From an uncultured Bacilli bacterium (GTDB lineage: Bacteria > Bacillota_I > Bacilli_A > RF39 > UBA660): 53,234 nucleotides of DNA. The stretch's first letter is position 1. Every line of letters starts with the position of its first letter. Under the pieces are notes generated by a model. That model saw only the letters and a list, made by a program, of their open reading frames with translations, was not told where the DNA came from and did no database searches. The DNA lies in the NCBI GenBank assembly GCA_947632715.1, contig CANRQF010000001.1:1-53234 (forward strand). Direction: 5' to 3'. A program made the translations under genes and the position numbers. Positions 27,991-36,504 of the stretch are shown piece after piece.

Positions 27991-29187
27991 TTAACTCATT
28001 TTATAACAATATAATGGGTAACCACCTGGATTAGATGCTGTATATCCATCTTTACAACTACTTGCTTTACAATTGTTAGTACAGTCATCTTGAGAACTAT
28101 ATTCTTTTTGGTCTAGTGAACATTGATATGTTGCTCCGCTTCCTCCCCCACATGTACATCCATATATAGCTTGAGCACCAACACTATAATCTTGGCAACC
28201 ACCATATATTGTTTCTTTTGGACATGATGAACCAGATCCTAAACTATGTACTTCAACGTATTTATCACCTTGTTTAGTACATGTTGAAATATTCCAACTA
28301 CAATTAGCTGCGCTACCTTGCGAAACTTGTGAACATCCTGGAGCCTCTGCATACATATCTGCTTTACATTTTCCAATTCCTGAACTATTCTTTACATATC
28401 CATATAATGTACTTGGTGGAAATGTTAATGTTGTTGGATTATCATAATTTGAATCTACATTTTGATCTGCTATATCTTTAGTTCCTACATACCACCTATC
28501 TGCATTATCACTTTTTGTAAATGTTACTCCTCCTCTGCTATCTGCAGTAAATGTACATGTTGGTGCTGAATTTATTATTGTTATTATATCGCTTGCACTT
28601 GCCATTATTCCTGATGCATTTCTTACATAAAAATAATATGTTTGTTGACCTGTTGTTGTAAAAGTATAACTACTTGAATAACTTGTTACACTTGATGATA
28701 AACTTTGCCAACTGCATCCGCTTGGATTTGATGATTGTGTGATACAATATTGGGTTGCATTTGGTAAGGTCCATGATGCATTCCATGTTGTTCCTGACAA
28801 TGGAGCTGTTTCACTTGCAAAACTAAATGTTGCTGTATAATTTGCTTTATCCATATATAATGTACAATATACTGTTCTTGTACTTGTTACTGTTACACTT
28901 CCATTATTCATGGAAAATGATGGTGTTACTTTTTCTCCAAATTGATCTTCACATTTTGTCATACTTGTGTTGATTTGATATGTTCCTGTTGGAAATGTAT
29001 TTCCAGATTGTTCAGCATAACTTCCATTATCTTGTTGCACATAAAAAGTTAAATAATTATTATGTTTTTCTTTTTTCTTTATTTCTTCTACTTCTGTACC
29101 CATATATGTTTTATATGTTTTTATACCTATAAAACAACATATCAAAAGCAAAATGAGTACAAACATCCTTTTTTGTACTTTTTTCAT
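27991..29187 (-). CDS. cysteine-rich N-terminally anchored modular surface protein (paralogue P3), function unknown
   Basis: N-terminal TM helix. Same block order as P1, including the extra NATQYC(V/I)T module. More divergent C-terminal Cys-rich domain ending LYCYKMS. Confidence 0.75.
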   Translation of the reverse strand: MKKVQKRMFVLILLLICCFIGIKTYKTYMGTEVEEIKKKEKHNNYLTFYVQQDNGSYAEQSGNTFPTGTYQINTSMTKCEDQFGEKVTPSFSMNNGSVTVTSTRTVYCTLYMDKANYTATFSFASETAPLSGTTWNASWTLPNATQYCITQSSNPSGCSWQSLSSSVTSYSSSYTFTTTGQQTYYFYVRNASGIMASASDIITIINSAPTCTFTADSRGGVTFTKSDNADRWYVGTKDIADQNVDSNYDNPTTLTFPPSTLYGYVKNSSGIGKCKADMYAEAPGCSQVSQGSAANCSWNISTCTKQGDKYVEVHSLGSGSSCPKETIYGGCQDYSVGAQAIYGCTCGGGSGATYQCSLDQKEYSSQDDCTNNCKASSCKDGYTASNPGGYPLYCYKMS

Positions 29188-29212
29188 AACTTAACCTACC
29201 TATCATAATTTA

Positions 29213-29241
29213 ATTATAATTAGTAACAATTAAAAAGTCAA
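29213..29241 (-). promoter_or_regulatory. candidate sigma-A promoter of the P3-P2 operon
   Basis: On the minus strand, TTGACT-N17-TATAAT, about 25 nt upstream of the P3 ATG. Confidence 0.45.
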
Positions 29242-29243
29242 CT

Positions 29244-29268
29244 AAAAAAAGTTCATTCAAAATGAACT
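29244..29268 (-). terminator. intrinsic terminator after the phosphatase-like gene
   Basis: Stem GTTCATT/AATGAAC followed on the minus strand by TTTTTTT. Confidence 0.5.
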
Positions 29269-29269
29269 C

Positions 29270-29863
29270 TTAAATTCTTTTAATAGAAATATTTTCTTGC
29301 ATATTTATTTCATAAATATCATAATCAGTATCACTATCATCATATATTACTTCATTATTAAATTCTAATATTAAATTATCATCTAAATTATAATCTACTT
29401 TAGCATATTTAAGTAAAAATCCTAAAATAGCTCGACGATGAGTGAATAAAACAATATTATCTTCTTTTATATCTTTGATAAAAGTATCTATTCTATTACC
29501 AACTTCAATTAAAGATTCCCCATTAGGTAATTTATATCTAAAATCATGTTCTTGTAAACCTTTAACCATTTTCATATTTTTGTTACCTAATAGTCCAACT
29601 TGACAATCATTTAAATTCATATTCATTTTAATTTTTAATTCTAACTTTTGTTGTAAATATTTAGCAGTTTGTAAAGCACTACTATAAAAAGAAGAATATA
29701 TACCATTTATATTTTGAAATATTGGTAATTCACTAATTATTTTAGCATTTTCTTCTCCCTTGATACTAAGAGGTCTAACCATTCTTATAAGTTCTAAATT
29801 AGAAGTATTACTATAATTAATATCCTCTAATAATGAATTATTACTAACTAAATAAATTTTCAT
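29270..29863 (-). CDS. histidine phosphatase superfamily-like protein with a non-canonical N-terminal motif
   Basis: PLSIKGEENAKII and LFTHRRAILGFL resemble the PGM/His-phosphatase fold. The RHG catalytic motif position reads VSNN. Confidence 0.4.
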   Translation of the reverse strand: MKIYLVSNNSLLEDINYSNTSNLELIRMVRPLSIKGEENAKIISELPIFQNINGIYSSFYSSALQTAKYLQQKLELKIKMNMNLNDCQVGLLGNKNMKMVKGLQEHDFRYKLPNGESLIEVGNRIDTFIKDIKEDNIVLFTHRRAILGFLLKYAKVDYNLDDNLILEFNNEVIYDDSDTDYDIYEINMQENISIKRI

Positions 29864-29871
29864 AATATCAC

Positions 29872-30231
29872 TTATTCTTTCATATACTTCTTTAAAGAAT
29901 TAATAAATATATCGGGATTAGCAGGATATAATGTAAAATGAATTTTATTTAGATCAATTATTACTTTTTCAGCATTTTGGGTTATCTTTTTTATTTTTTT
30001 AATATTTATTTTTATTTTTAAAAATCCTAATTTAATAATTAGATACTTATTATTAATATAATAAGTTGTAAAATAAAACATATGAGCAATAATTAAAGTT
30101 AAAATAAAATATATACTAAAGATAAGATATTTCTTTAAATATAACCAAAATATACAAGTTATAAAACATAATATTATTAAAAATGTCATCGTTACTAAAT
30201 TAGATTTAGTATTTTTAACTTTAAATTTCAT
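29872..30231 (-). CDS. small membrane protein (two TM helices plus a basic C-terminal domain)
   Basis: ORF with two hydrophobic helices. No family recognised. Confidence 0.45.
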   Translation of the reverse strand: MKFKVKNTKSNLVTMTFLIILCFITCIFWLYLKKYLIFSIYFILTLIIAHMFYFTTYYINNKYLIIKLGFLKIKINIKKIKKITQNAEKVIIDLNKIHFTLYPANPDIFINSLKKYMKE

Positions 30232-30287
30232 ATAATCACTTTACCTCTCCCCTTAATTTTATCAAAAATATTATAAAAAGAAAATAA

Positions 30288-32252
30288 TTAATTATTTTTA
30301 AAAACTTTTTGATAATAATTATTATCAATAATTAATTTACTAATATTTACTTTACTATTAACAATATGATTAACATTTTTAACATAATCATCAGGGATTA
30401 TTTCACCCTCTACTGGAATAAATTTATTACTTTTAGCATAATACATACCTTTATCACTAACCCAGCTATTATCAGCAAAAATAGCAAGTCCACCTTCTGT
30501 ACTTAGAATATCTTTACCAATAAATAATCTTGAATCATAATTAATCCCAAAAGCATTATAAATAGTTGGAATAACATCTAATTGACTACCTACTTTCGTA
30601 ACATTAACTGTATCCATTTCACTATTCCAAAGAATAAAACTACTCTTATTTCTTGTAATTATTTCTTCTCTTTCAAATGTACTAGCTTCATTAATTTCAT
30701 CTAAATCTAAGACATATGGATTATGATCACCCACTAAGGCTATAACAGTATCCTCGAGTTTACCTGCTTCATCTAGTTTTTGAATTAATAAAGAAAGGGC
30801 TTGATCAAGTTCCATTTGACTAGCCAAATAACCTGATATTCTTTCACTTAATCCTAAATTAAATTGTAAAAATTCTTCTTTATGTTTTCTTGCTTGATAA
30901 TTTTCACTCCAACTATAACCAGAATGACCAGATACAGTTGCATAAAAGACCATAAAATGATCATCATTAATATAATCATCTACTGTCGTATCAATCATTT
31001 CAACATCACTTCTTGGCCATACTTTACAATTAACTCTTTTTTCTAGTCCATTACCACAGCCTAAGAAATTATCAAAACCCATACTCTTTAAATATTTATT
31101 ACGATCTTGAAAAGTATAAGTATTATTATGATAAGCATAAGTATTATAATTTATTTCTTTAAATTTATTAGCAATACCTTGAGGAAAAGAAATATTTCCA
31201 CTTCTAAACTTAGATAAAATATTAGTGGATGTAGCATATAAACCACTTAATTCTTGAAATTCACCACCAATAGTACTATAAATAGTTGGTGTATAAAAAT
31301 TCTTAAAAGAAAAGCCACTGTTAACAAGCTTATATAAAGTTGGTGTTATATCTTCTCTAACTGCTATTTCATTAAAACTTTCAGCCATAAATAATATTAA
31401 ATTTTTATCTTTAAAGATACCTGTATAATCATTTTGTAATGTTCCTGTATCATTAGCCATATATTCATGAATTTGTTTAATTGAACTATTTTTTTCATTT
31501 TCTTTTAAAAATTCAAAATCTATATCTAAATTATTATAATCATATACTTTTACACTAGGTTCATCATCTTGTTCATTTGGATCATTTAAAGGATTATCAT
31601 TTACTATTTTATCTTGAAAACCAATTACTTCTCTTTTTAAATCAATAATCATGGCATGAATTAAACCAAAATAATCAATATTTAAAGATACATTATTAAT
31701 ATCATAATATAAATAATATGGAGAATTAATTTCTTCTTTATTAATATTTAAACTTAAAATAAATAATAAAAATACTAGTAATGATAAGCAAAAATAACCA
31801 AGATTCTTTTTCCAATTATTATGTTCAAAATCAATATGTTTATGAAATATACCAGATAAAATTAAAGGTAACAAAATTAAGATTATTCCAAGTATTCTTT
31901 TTAAAATTTCTATTAAACCAGTAAGGGCAAAATCTCCAACTTGATCAGCTATTTTTAAAGCTGAAAGTGAAACATAAAAGCCAAAATAACCATCAACTAC
32001 ATATTCTACTCCAAACCATATTGTAATTGATAACAGAATAAAATAAAAAATTATTTTATTTATTTTTTCTTTTTTAAATATTGTTGATATAACCCACAAT
32101 AATAAACTAAAAAATGTTAAAAAGATTAAGATATTTATTAATGATATATTAAATATATCATTGTGAACTAATACCTTAAATAATAATTCTAAATAAATAA
32201 AACTAACTAAATAAATAAAAAATATTTTAATTTTTTTCATACTTATCATCAT
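30288..32252 (-). CDS. LTA synthase family protein (polytopic N-terminus plus extracellular sulfatase-fold domain)
   Basis: About five N-terminal TM helices, then a sulfatase-like domain (NLILFMAESF, GDHNP). Confidence 0.75.
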   Translation of the reverse strand: MMISMKKIKIFFIYLVSFIYLELLFKVLVHNDIFNISLINILIFLTFFSLLLWVISTIFKKEKINKIIFYFILLSITIWFGVEYVVDGYFGFYVSLSALKIADQVGDFALTGLIEILKRILGIILILLPLILSGIFHKHIDFEHNNWKKNLGYFCLSLLVFLLFILSLNINKEEINSPYYLYYDINNVSLNIDYFGLIHAMIIDLKREVIGFQDKIVNDNPLNDPNEQDDEPSVKVYDYNNLDIDFEFLKENEKNSSIKQIHEYMANDTGTLQNDYTGIFKDKNLILFMAESFNEIAVREDITPTLYKLVNSGFSFKNFYTPTIYSTIGGEFQELSGLYATSTNILSKFRSGNISFPQGIANKFKEINYNTYAYHNNTYTFQDRNKYLKSMGFDNFLGCGNGLEKRVNCKVWPRSDVEMIDTTVDDYINDDHFMVFYATVSGHSGYSWSENYQARKHKEEFLQFNLGLSERISGYLASQMELDQALSLLIQKLDEAGKLEDTVIALVGDHNPYVLDLDEINEASTFEREEIITRNKSSFILWNSEMDTVNVTKVGSQLDVIPTIYNAFGINYDSRLFIGKDILSTEGGLAIFADNSWVSDKGMYYAKSNKFIPVEGEIIPDDYVKNVNHIVNSKVNISKLIIDNNYYQKVFKNN

Positions 32253-32393
32253 TTTTATTATAACACTTCTTTAAACTTTTTTATTATATTATTATTCTAT
32301 TTACATTTTATTTAACACAAATAAGAAACAATTGTTTGTTTCCTATCAAGTATTACTCTTCAATATCGTTAGTAAAGAATACTAGATTGATAT

Positions 32394-32434
32394 CAAAAAA
32401 GAAAATATGTACTAAGTAATACTCGTGTACATAT
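32394..32434 (-). terminator. intrinsic terminator after the YihY-family gene
   Basis: Stem ATATGTAC/GTACATAT followed on the minus strand by TTTCTTTTTT. Confidence 0.45.
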
Positions 32435-32446
32435 TTTTATTATTAA

Positions 32447-33313
32447 CTAATTATTATGTTTTATAGTACCATTTTTTAACAAATTAGATTCATCTTTTTG
32501 GGTATTTAAAGCCATACCTATTGTAAATACTAAAGATAAATAATAAATCCAAATCATTAAAACAACAATACTAGCAAGACCTCCATATAGAACACTATAA
32601 TTAGCATAATTAGTGACATATATTGAATATACTTTCGTTCCAATTATAAAGCATATAGTAGTAAATATAGCACCATAATTTAAAACTCGATGACGATTCT
32701 TTTTATCTGGTGCAATTGAATATATTAATCTTATAATTAAGAAAATAAACACCCAAGTAATTGGTCCTTTTAATAAATTAAATATTAGAGTTATTTTATT
32801 AGTTACCATTGGATTTAAATTAACTTCTTTAATAAGAGTAACAATTATATTTCCAAAGACAGGGACAATTAACATAAACAATAATAAAATAACAAAAAGA
32901 AAAGATAAACCCATTGCTCTTATTCTTCTTTTTAACCAACTTTTATTGGGATTACCATATAAAGTATTACTAGCAATAATTATGGCATCTGCACCATTAC
33001 TAGCTATATATAAACCAGCAATAACAGTTATAAAGAAATGAAGACCAGCTCCTATACCTAAGTTAGAACCTAAAACTAAATTAGCTATATCTTTGGAAAA
33101 AGAATTAGCAATAAAATTATAAAGAAAATCAACTGACAAATTAAGAACGGAAGCCCCATAAGAAATTAGACCAAATGTTGGAATTATGGCAAGACAAAGA
33201 AAAAAAGAAATATTACCTGGTAAAATAACCATTTCACTTCTTCTTAATACTTTAAAAAAGTTTTCAAAAAAGTCTTTGATTGTCAATTTAGCTTTTTTAA
33301 TTCTTTTTTTCAT
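32447..33313 (-). CDS. YihY/BrkB family inner membrane protein
   Basis: Polytopic membrane protein with the typical N-terminus (FFKVLRRSEMVILPGNISFFLCLAIIP). Confidence 0.75.
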   Translation of the reverse strand: MKKRIKKAKLTIKDFFENFFKVLRRSEMVILPGNISFFLCLAIIPTFGLISYGASVLNLSVDFLYNFIANSFSKDIANLVLGSNLGIGAGLHFFITVIAGLYIASNGADAIIIASNTLYGNPNKSWLKRRIRAMGLSFLFVILLLFMLIVPVFGNIIVTLIKEVNLNPMVTNKITLIFNLLKGPITWVFIFLIIRLIYSIAPDKKNRHRVLNYGAIFTTICFIIGTKVYSIYVTNYANYSVLYGGLASIVVLMIWIYYLSLVFTIGMALNTQKDESNLLKNGTIKHNN

Positions 33314-35310
33314 TTGTTTCCTTTTTTCACTTTCATATCATCAATGGCTTCCGTTAAAGCATCTTCAATAGTTTTTAAATTACTTTCAATTATACTATAA
33401 CCAAATTCTGCTCCATAATTATAAGGAAGTCTTTTTAATTCTTTATTTAATTTATGTATATAATTAATTATTTGTTTTTGAGTATATCCAACTGTATAAA
33501 TAACAAATTCATTACCATCACTACGCATTAAATCACTATTATCAAGTTGGGTTTTAATTAAAGCATTAGCAAATGCTTGAATTTGTTTATCTCCTTCACT
33601 AACACCATACTTTTCATTTATTTCTGTTAATTTATTTAAATCAACAACAATTATTGCTTGAGGATATACAGTATTATTACTCCAAGATTTCATAAAATCA
33701 CTTAAATATGTTCTATTCTTAAGACAAGTTAGTTCATCAATAAATCTAATTTTTTCATCTTTCTTTAATTTTCTAGCAATTCTTATCTTTTTAGTATTTT
33801 TATAAACAATAAAGCCAATAAATAATATAGCTATTATTACTAAAATAACATATTTAATAATTGTATTTAAAATATTACCATTTTCAACTACTTCTAAATG
33901 ACTATTAAGTCCTTTATTAATCATACTAAATGTATCTAAATAATTAATATATTTATCTAATAATAAATGTAATATTTCATAATCGCTTCTAACTTTAAAA
34001 GTATATGTTGAATTAATATATGTTTCATATTTACTAGTATAATTATTTAACTTTTTATTATTTAAATATTTAAAATTATATGTATCAAGAATAATTATTA
34101 CATCTTCTTTATTTAATTTATATAATTCTTTATTATCTTTATAAGTATTGATAATGATTCCACCTTCAATACCCATTAAATAATTGTAGATATTACTTCC
34201 TTCTTCAACATATACTTCTTCACCTTTTAAACTATATAAAGAATTAAATACTTTATCATTATCAGTTCTTGTAATAATTGATATATTGGCAAGTATACCA
34301 TTAGAAGTATTCACATAATTATCTTCAATATTTTTATTAAAATCAAAATATAAATCTACTTTATTTTTATTTATTTGTTTAATTAATTTATTTAAATTAC
34401 GATATTTAGATATATTAAAATATACACCAGAAAATTCACTAAATTCACGTAAATATTCAGCAACTATACCTCCATATTTTCCACTCATAATTACTTCATA
34501 TGGTGAATTATTGATAAATCCATATTCATAATCAACACTACGTAAACGATCTATATCAGAATCTGTTATTTTAAGAGATTCTGTAAATAAATTAAATTCT
34601 TCTTCTTTTAAGTATTTACTACTAGATACATTCCAAGAATTAAAATATTTATATAATATGCTACTTAAAGTATCATCTATTCCACTTAAAGTATAATAAC
34701 ATTCTATATCACTTAAATGATAAACTATCTCTAAGTTATTTGCTAATATTTGATCGATATTTCTAATTCTAGGAACTAAAATAAAATTAGTTGTATCATT
34801 TAAAGAATTATATAATTCTTCATTTGTTTCATAAGTAGTAAAGTTTATATTAATATCTTTTAAATAATTTTTAACATATTCTTCATTAGTTTTTAAAATA
34901 CCTATATTAGTATTTTCTAAATCACTATTTTGTTTAATGAAACTTTTTTCTTTACCTACTAAAATATAGTGATCTGTATAAAATATTTTAGAAGTATCAT
35001 TAACATCTTCTTCATAACTTAATTTTATAAGATTATCTTCACTATTTGTAGTTACATAATTAAAATTAATACCATACTCTTCTGTAACATCATTTAAAAA
35101 ATCATAAAAAACACCATGACCATCTTTACTAAATAAATTTTCATCTGGTGCTATATAAATATTATTAATATTATTGATATTGGTATTTATCCAAGTTCTT
35201 TCTGAACTAGTTAATTTTGTATCATCATTTAAAAATTTATATGTAATAATAGCTCCCAATAAAAGAACTATTATTCCTATGGCAATAAATAGCCATTTTT
35301 TCTTTTTCAT
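33310..35310 (-). CDS. membrane sensor with extracellular solute-binding-like domains and a degenerate GGDEF domain
   Basis: N-terminal TM, large extracytoplasmic region, second TM, then a GGDEF-type domain (DELTCLKNR, VVDLNKLTEINEKYG). The signature reads DGNEF. Confidence 0.7.
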   Translation of the reverse strand: MKKKKWLFIAIGIIVLLLGAIITYKFLNDDTKLTSSERTWINTNINNINNIYIAPDENLFSKDGHGVFYDFLNDVTEEYGINFNYVTTNSEDNLIKLSYEEDVNDTSKIFYTDHYILVGKEKSFIKQNSDLENTNIGILKTNEEYVKNYLKDININFTTYETNEELYNSLNDTTNFILVPRIRNIDQILANNLEIVYHLSDIECYYTLSGIDDTLSSILYKYFNSWNVSSSKYLKEEEFNLFTESLKITDSDIDRLRSVDYEYGFINNSPYEVIMSGKYGGIVAEYLREFSEFSGVYFNISKYRNLNKLIKQINKNKVDLYFDFNKNIEDNYVNTSNGILANISIITRTDNDKVFNSLYSLKGEEVYVEEGSNIYNYLMGIEGGIIINTYKDNKELYKLNKEDVIIILDTYNFKYLNNKKLNNYTSKYETYINSTYTFKVRSDYEILHLLLDKYINYLDTFSMINKGLNSHLEVVENGNILNTIIKYVILVIIAILFIGFIVYKNTKKIRIARKLKKDEKIRFIDELTCLKNRTYLSDFMKSWSNNTVYPQAIIVVDLNKLTEINEKYGVSEGDKQIQAFANALIKTQLDNSDLMRSDGNEFVIYTVGYTQKQIINYIHKLNKELKRLPYNYGAEFGYSIIESNLKTIEDALTEAIDDMKVKKGNK

Positions 35311-35801
35311 TCTTCAGCACTACTTTCTGTTAAGCTATATTCATTCCAAACTAAATTACCATCACTATTAGCGTTTCTTGTTCCTACAATTAGATATTTT
35401 TTATCTTTATTTAGAACATTAGTTATATTTATTTCAATATCATATACTTTTAATAATGATTCACTAAATAATGTAATTACGCTTTCACCAAGTTTTTTAG
35501 CATTATCTATTTTAAGTCCATCATCACAATTAACATTAATGAAAATATTTGCTCCTTTAATATTGATAACTACTTTATTAATTAATGCTTCACTTTTTAA
35601 AGTATCTGTTATATCATTTTTTAATTCCTCAGTAATAGGTAAATCTTTAATATTATCTAGTCGATTGCCATAAACATCTTTAGATGAGCCATAAAAGAAA
35701 ATAATTACAATTACTACAAAAGCTACTAGCCATAATATTAAGATTATTGCTAATACTAATAGTACTTTATTCTCTCTTAAAAACTTTTTTAATTTATTCA
35801 T
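35307..35801 (-). CDS. hypothetical N-terminally anchored protein
   Basis: ORF with one TM helix. Its stop overlaps the start of the GGDEF gene by 4 nt. Confidence 0.5.
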   Translation of the reverse strand: MNKLKKFLRENKVLLVLAIILILWLVAFVVIVIIFFYGSSKDVYGNRLDNIKDLPITEELKNDITDTLKSEALINKVVINIKGANIFINVNCDDGLKIDNAKKLGESVITLFSESLLKVYDIEINITNVLNKDKKYLIVGTRNANSDGNLVWNEYSLTESSAEE

Positions 35802-35895
35802 TAATTACACCTCTTTGGCAATATTATTATACTATATATTAATATTTATGGCAAACTGTAACCAAATTTGTCAAATAATCGTTAATTTACAACAA

Positions 35896-36504
35896 TTATC
35901 TTTTTCTCGTTAATTTTTTATAACTAGGATTTTTACTATTATTAATATCTTCAACTATTTCTTCTAACTCTGTATTTGTTAAATATTCAATACTATTAAT
36001 ATTGATCATAGATTCACTTGATGGTACAAATTCATATTCTTTCGTCGATAATTTAGCTACTAATTCCGGATTAATATTACAATTATCATTTAACTTATCT
36101 TCATTATCTATATATAATTTAGTTTTTTTCATATCTTTAACATTTATATTATCTTTAATATTCAAAACCATTGAATAAATAAAACCACCAATATTTATAC
36201 CTAGTGCTATTAAATTTAAAGGATTTAAAAATATTATAAATGCTATTAAATTAATTATTAAAACAATTAAATTGCCATTCATCATTATTTTATTACCTTT
36301 TATACTTTTATTAAATTCTTTTATACTCTCATCGAAGTTAATAAATTTAACTTGATTATGCATCATTTGTTGTAAAAGATTTTTCATTTCTTGTGTATTT
36401 TCATATTCTTTTACTGCATTACTAAAATGAACTTTTATTTTATTATCATCTTCTTCATAAAATAAAATATATTTATCATAATTACCATCATAATAATCTT
36501 TCAT
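35896..36504 (-). CDS. hypothetical membrane protein
   Basis: ORF with two central TM helices. Its start overlaps the miaB stop by 1 nt. Confidence 0.5.
   Translation of the reverse strand: MKDYYDGNYDKYILFYEEDDNKIKVHFSNAVKEYENTQEMKNLLQQMMHNQVKFINFDESIKEFNKSIKGNKIMMNGNLIVLIINLIAFIIFLNPLNLIALGINIGGFIYSMVLNIKDNINVKDMKKTKLYIDNEDKLNDNCNINPELVAKLSTKEYEFVPSSESMININSIEYLTNTELEEIVEDINNSKNPSYKKLTRKR

Noticed and set aside
21239-29187. P1-P3 as type IV pilins or pseudopilins, because two of the three N-terminal helices contain a Glu
   Set aside because: There is no G/FTLxE prepilin cleavage motif, and no pilus or competence assembly genes lie in the window. The N-termini look like ordinary signal anchors.
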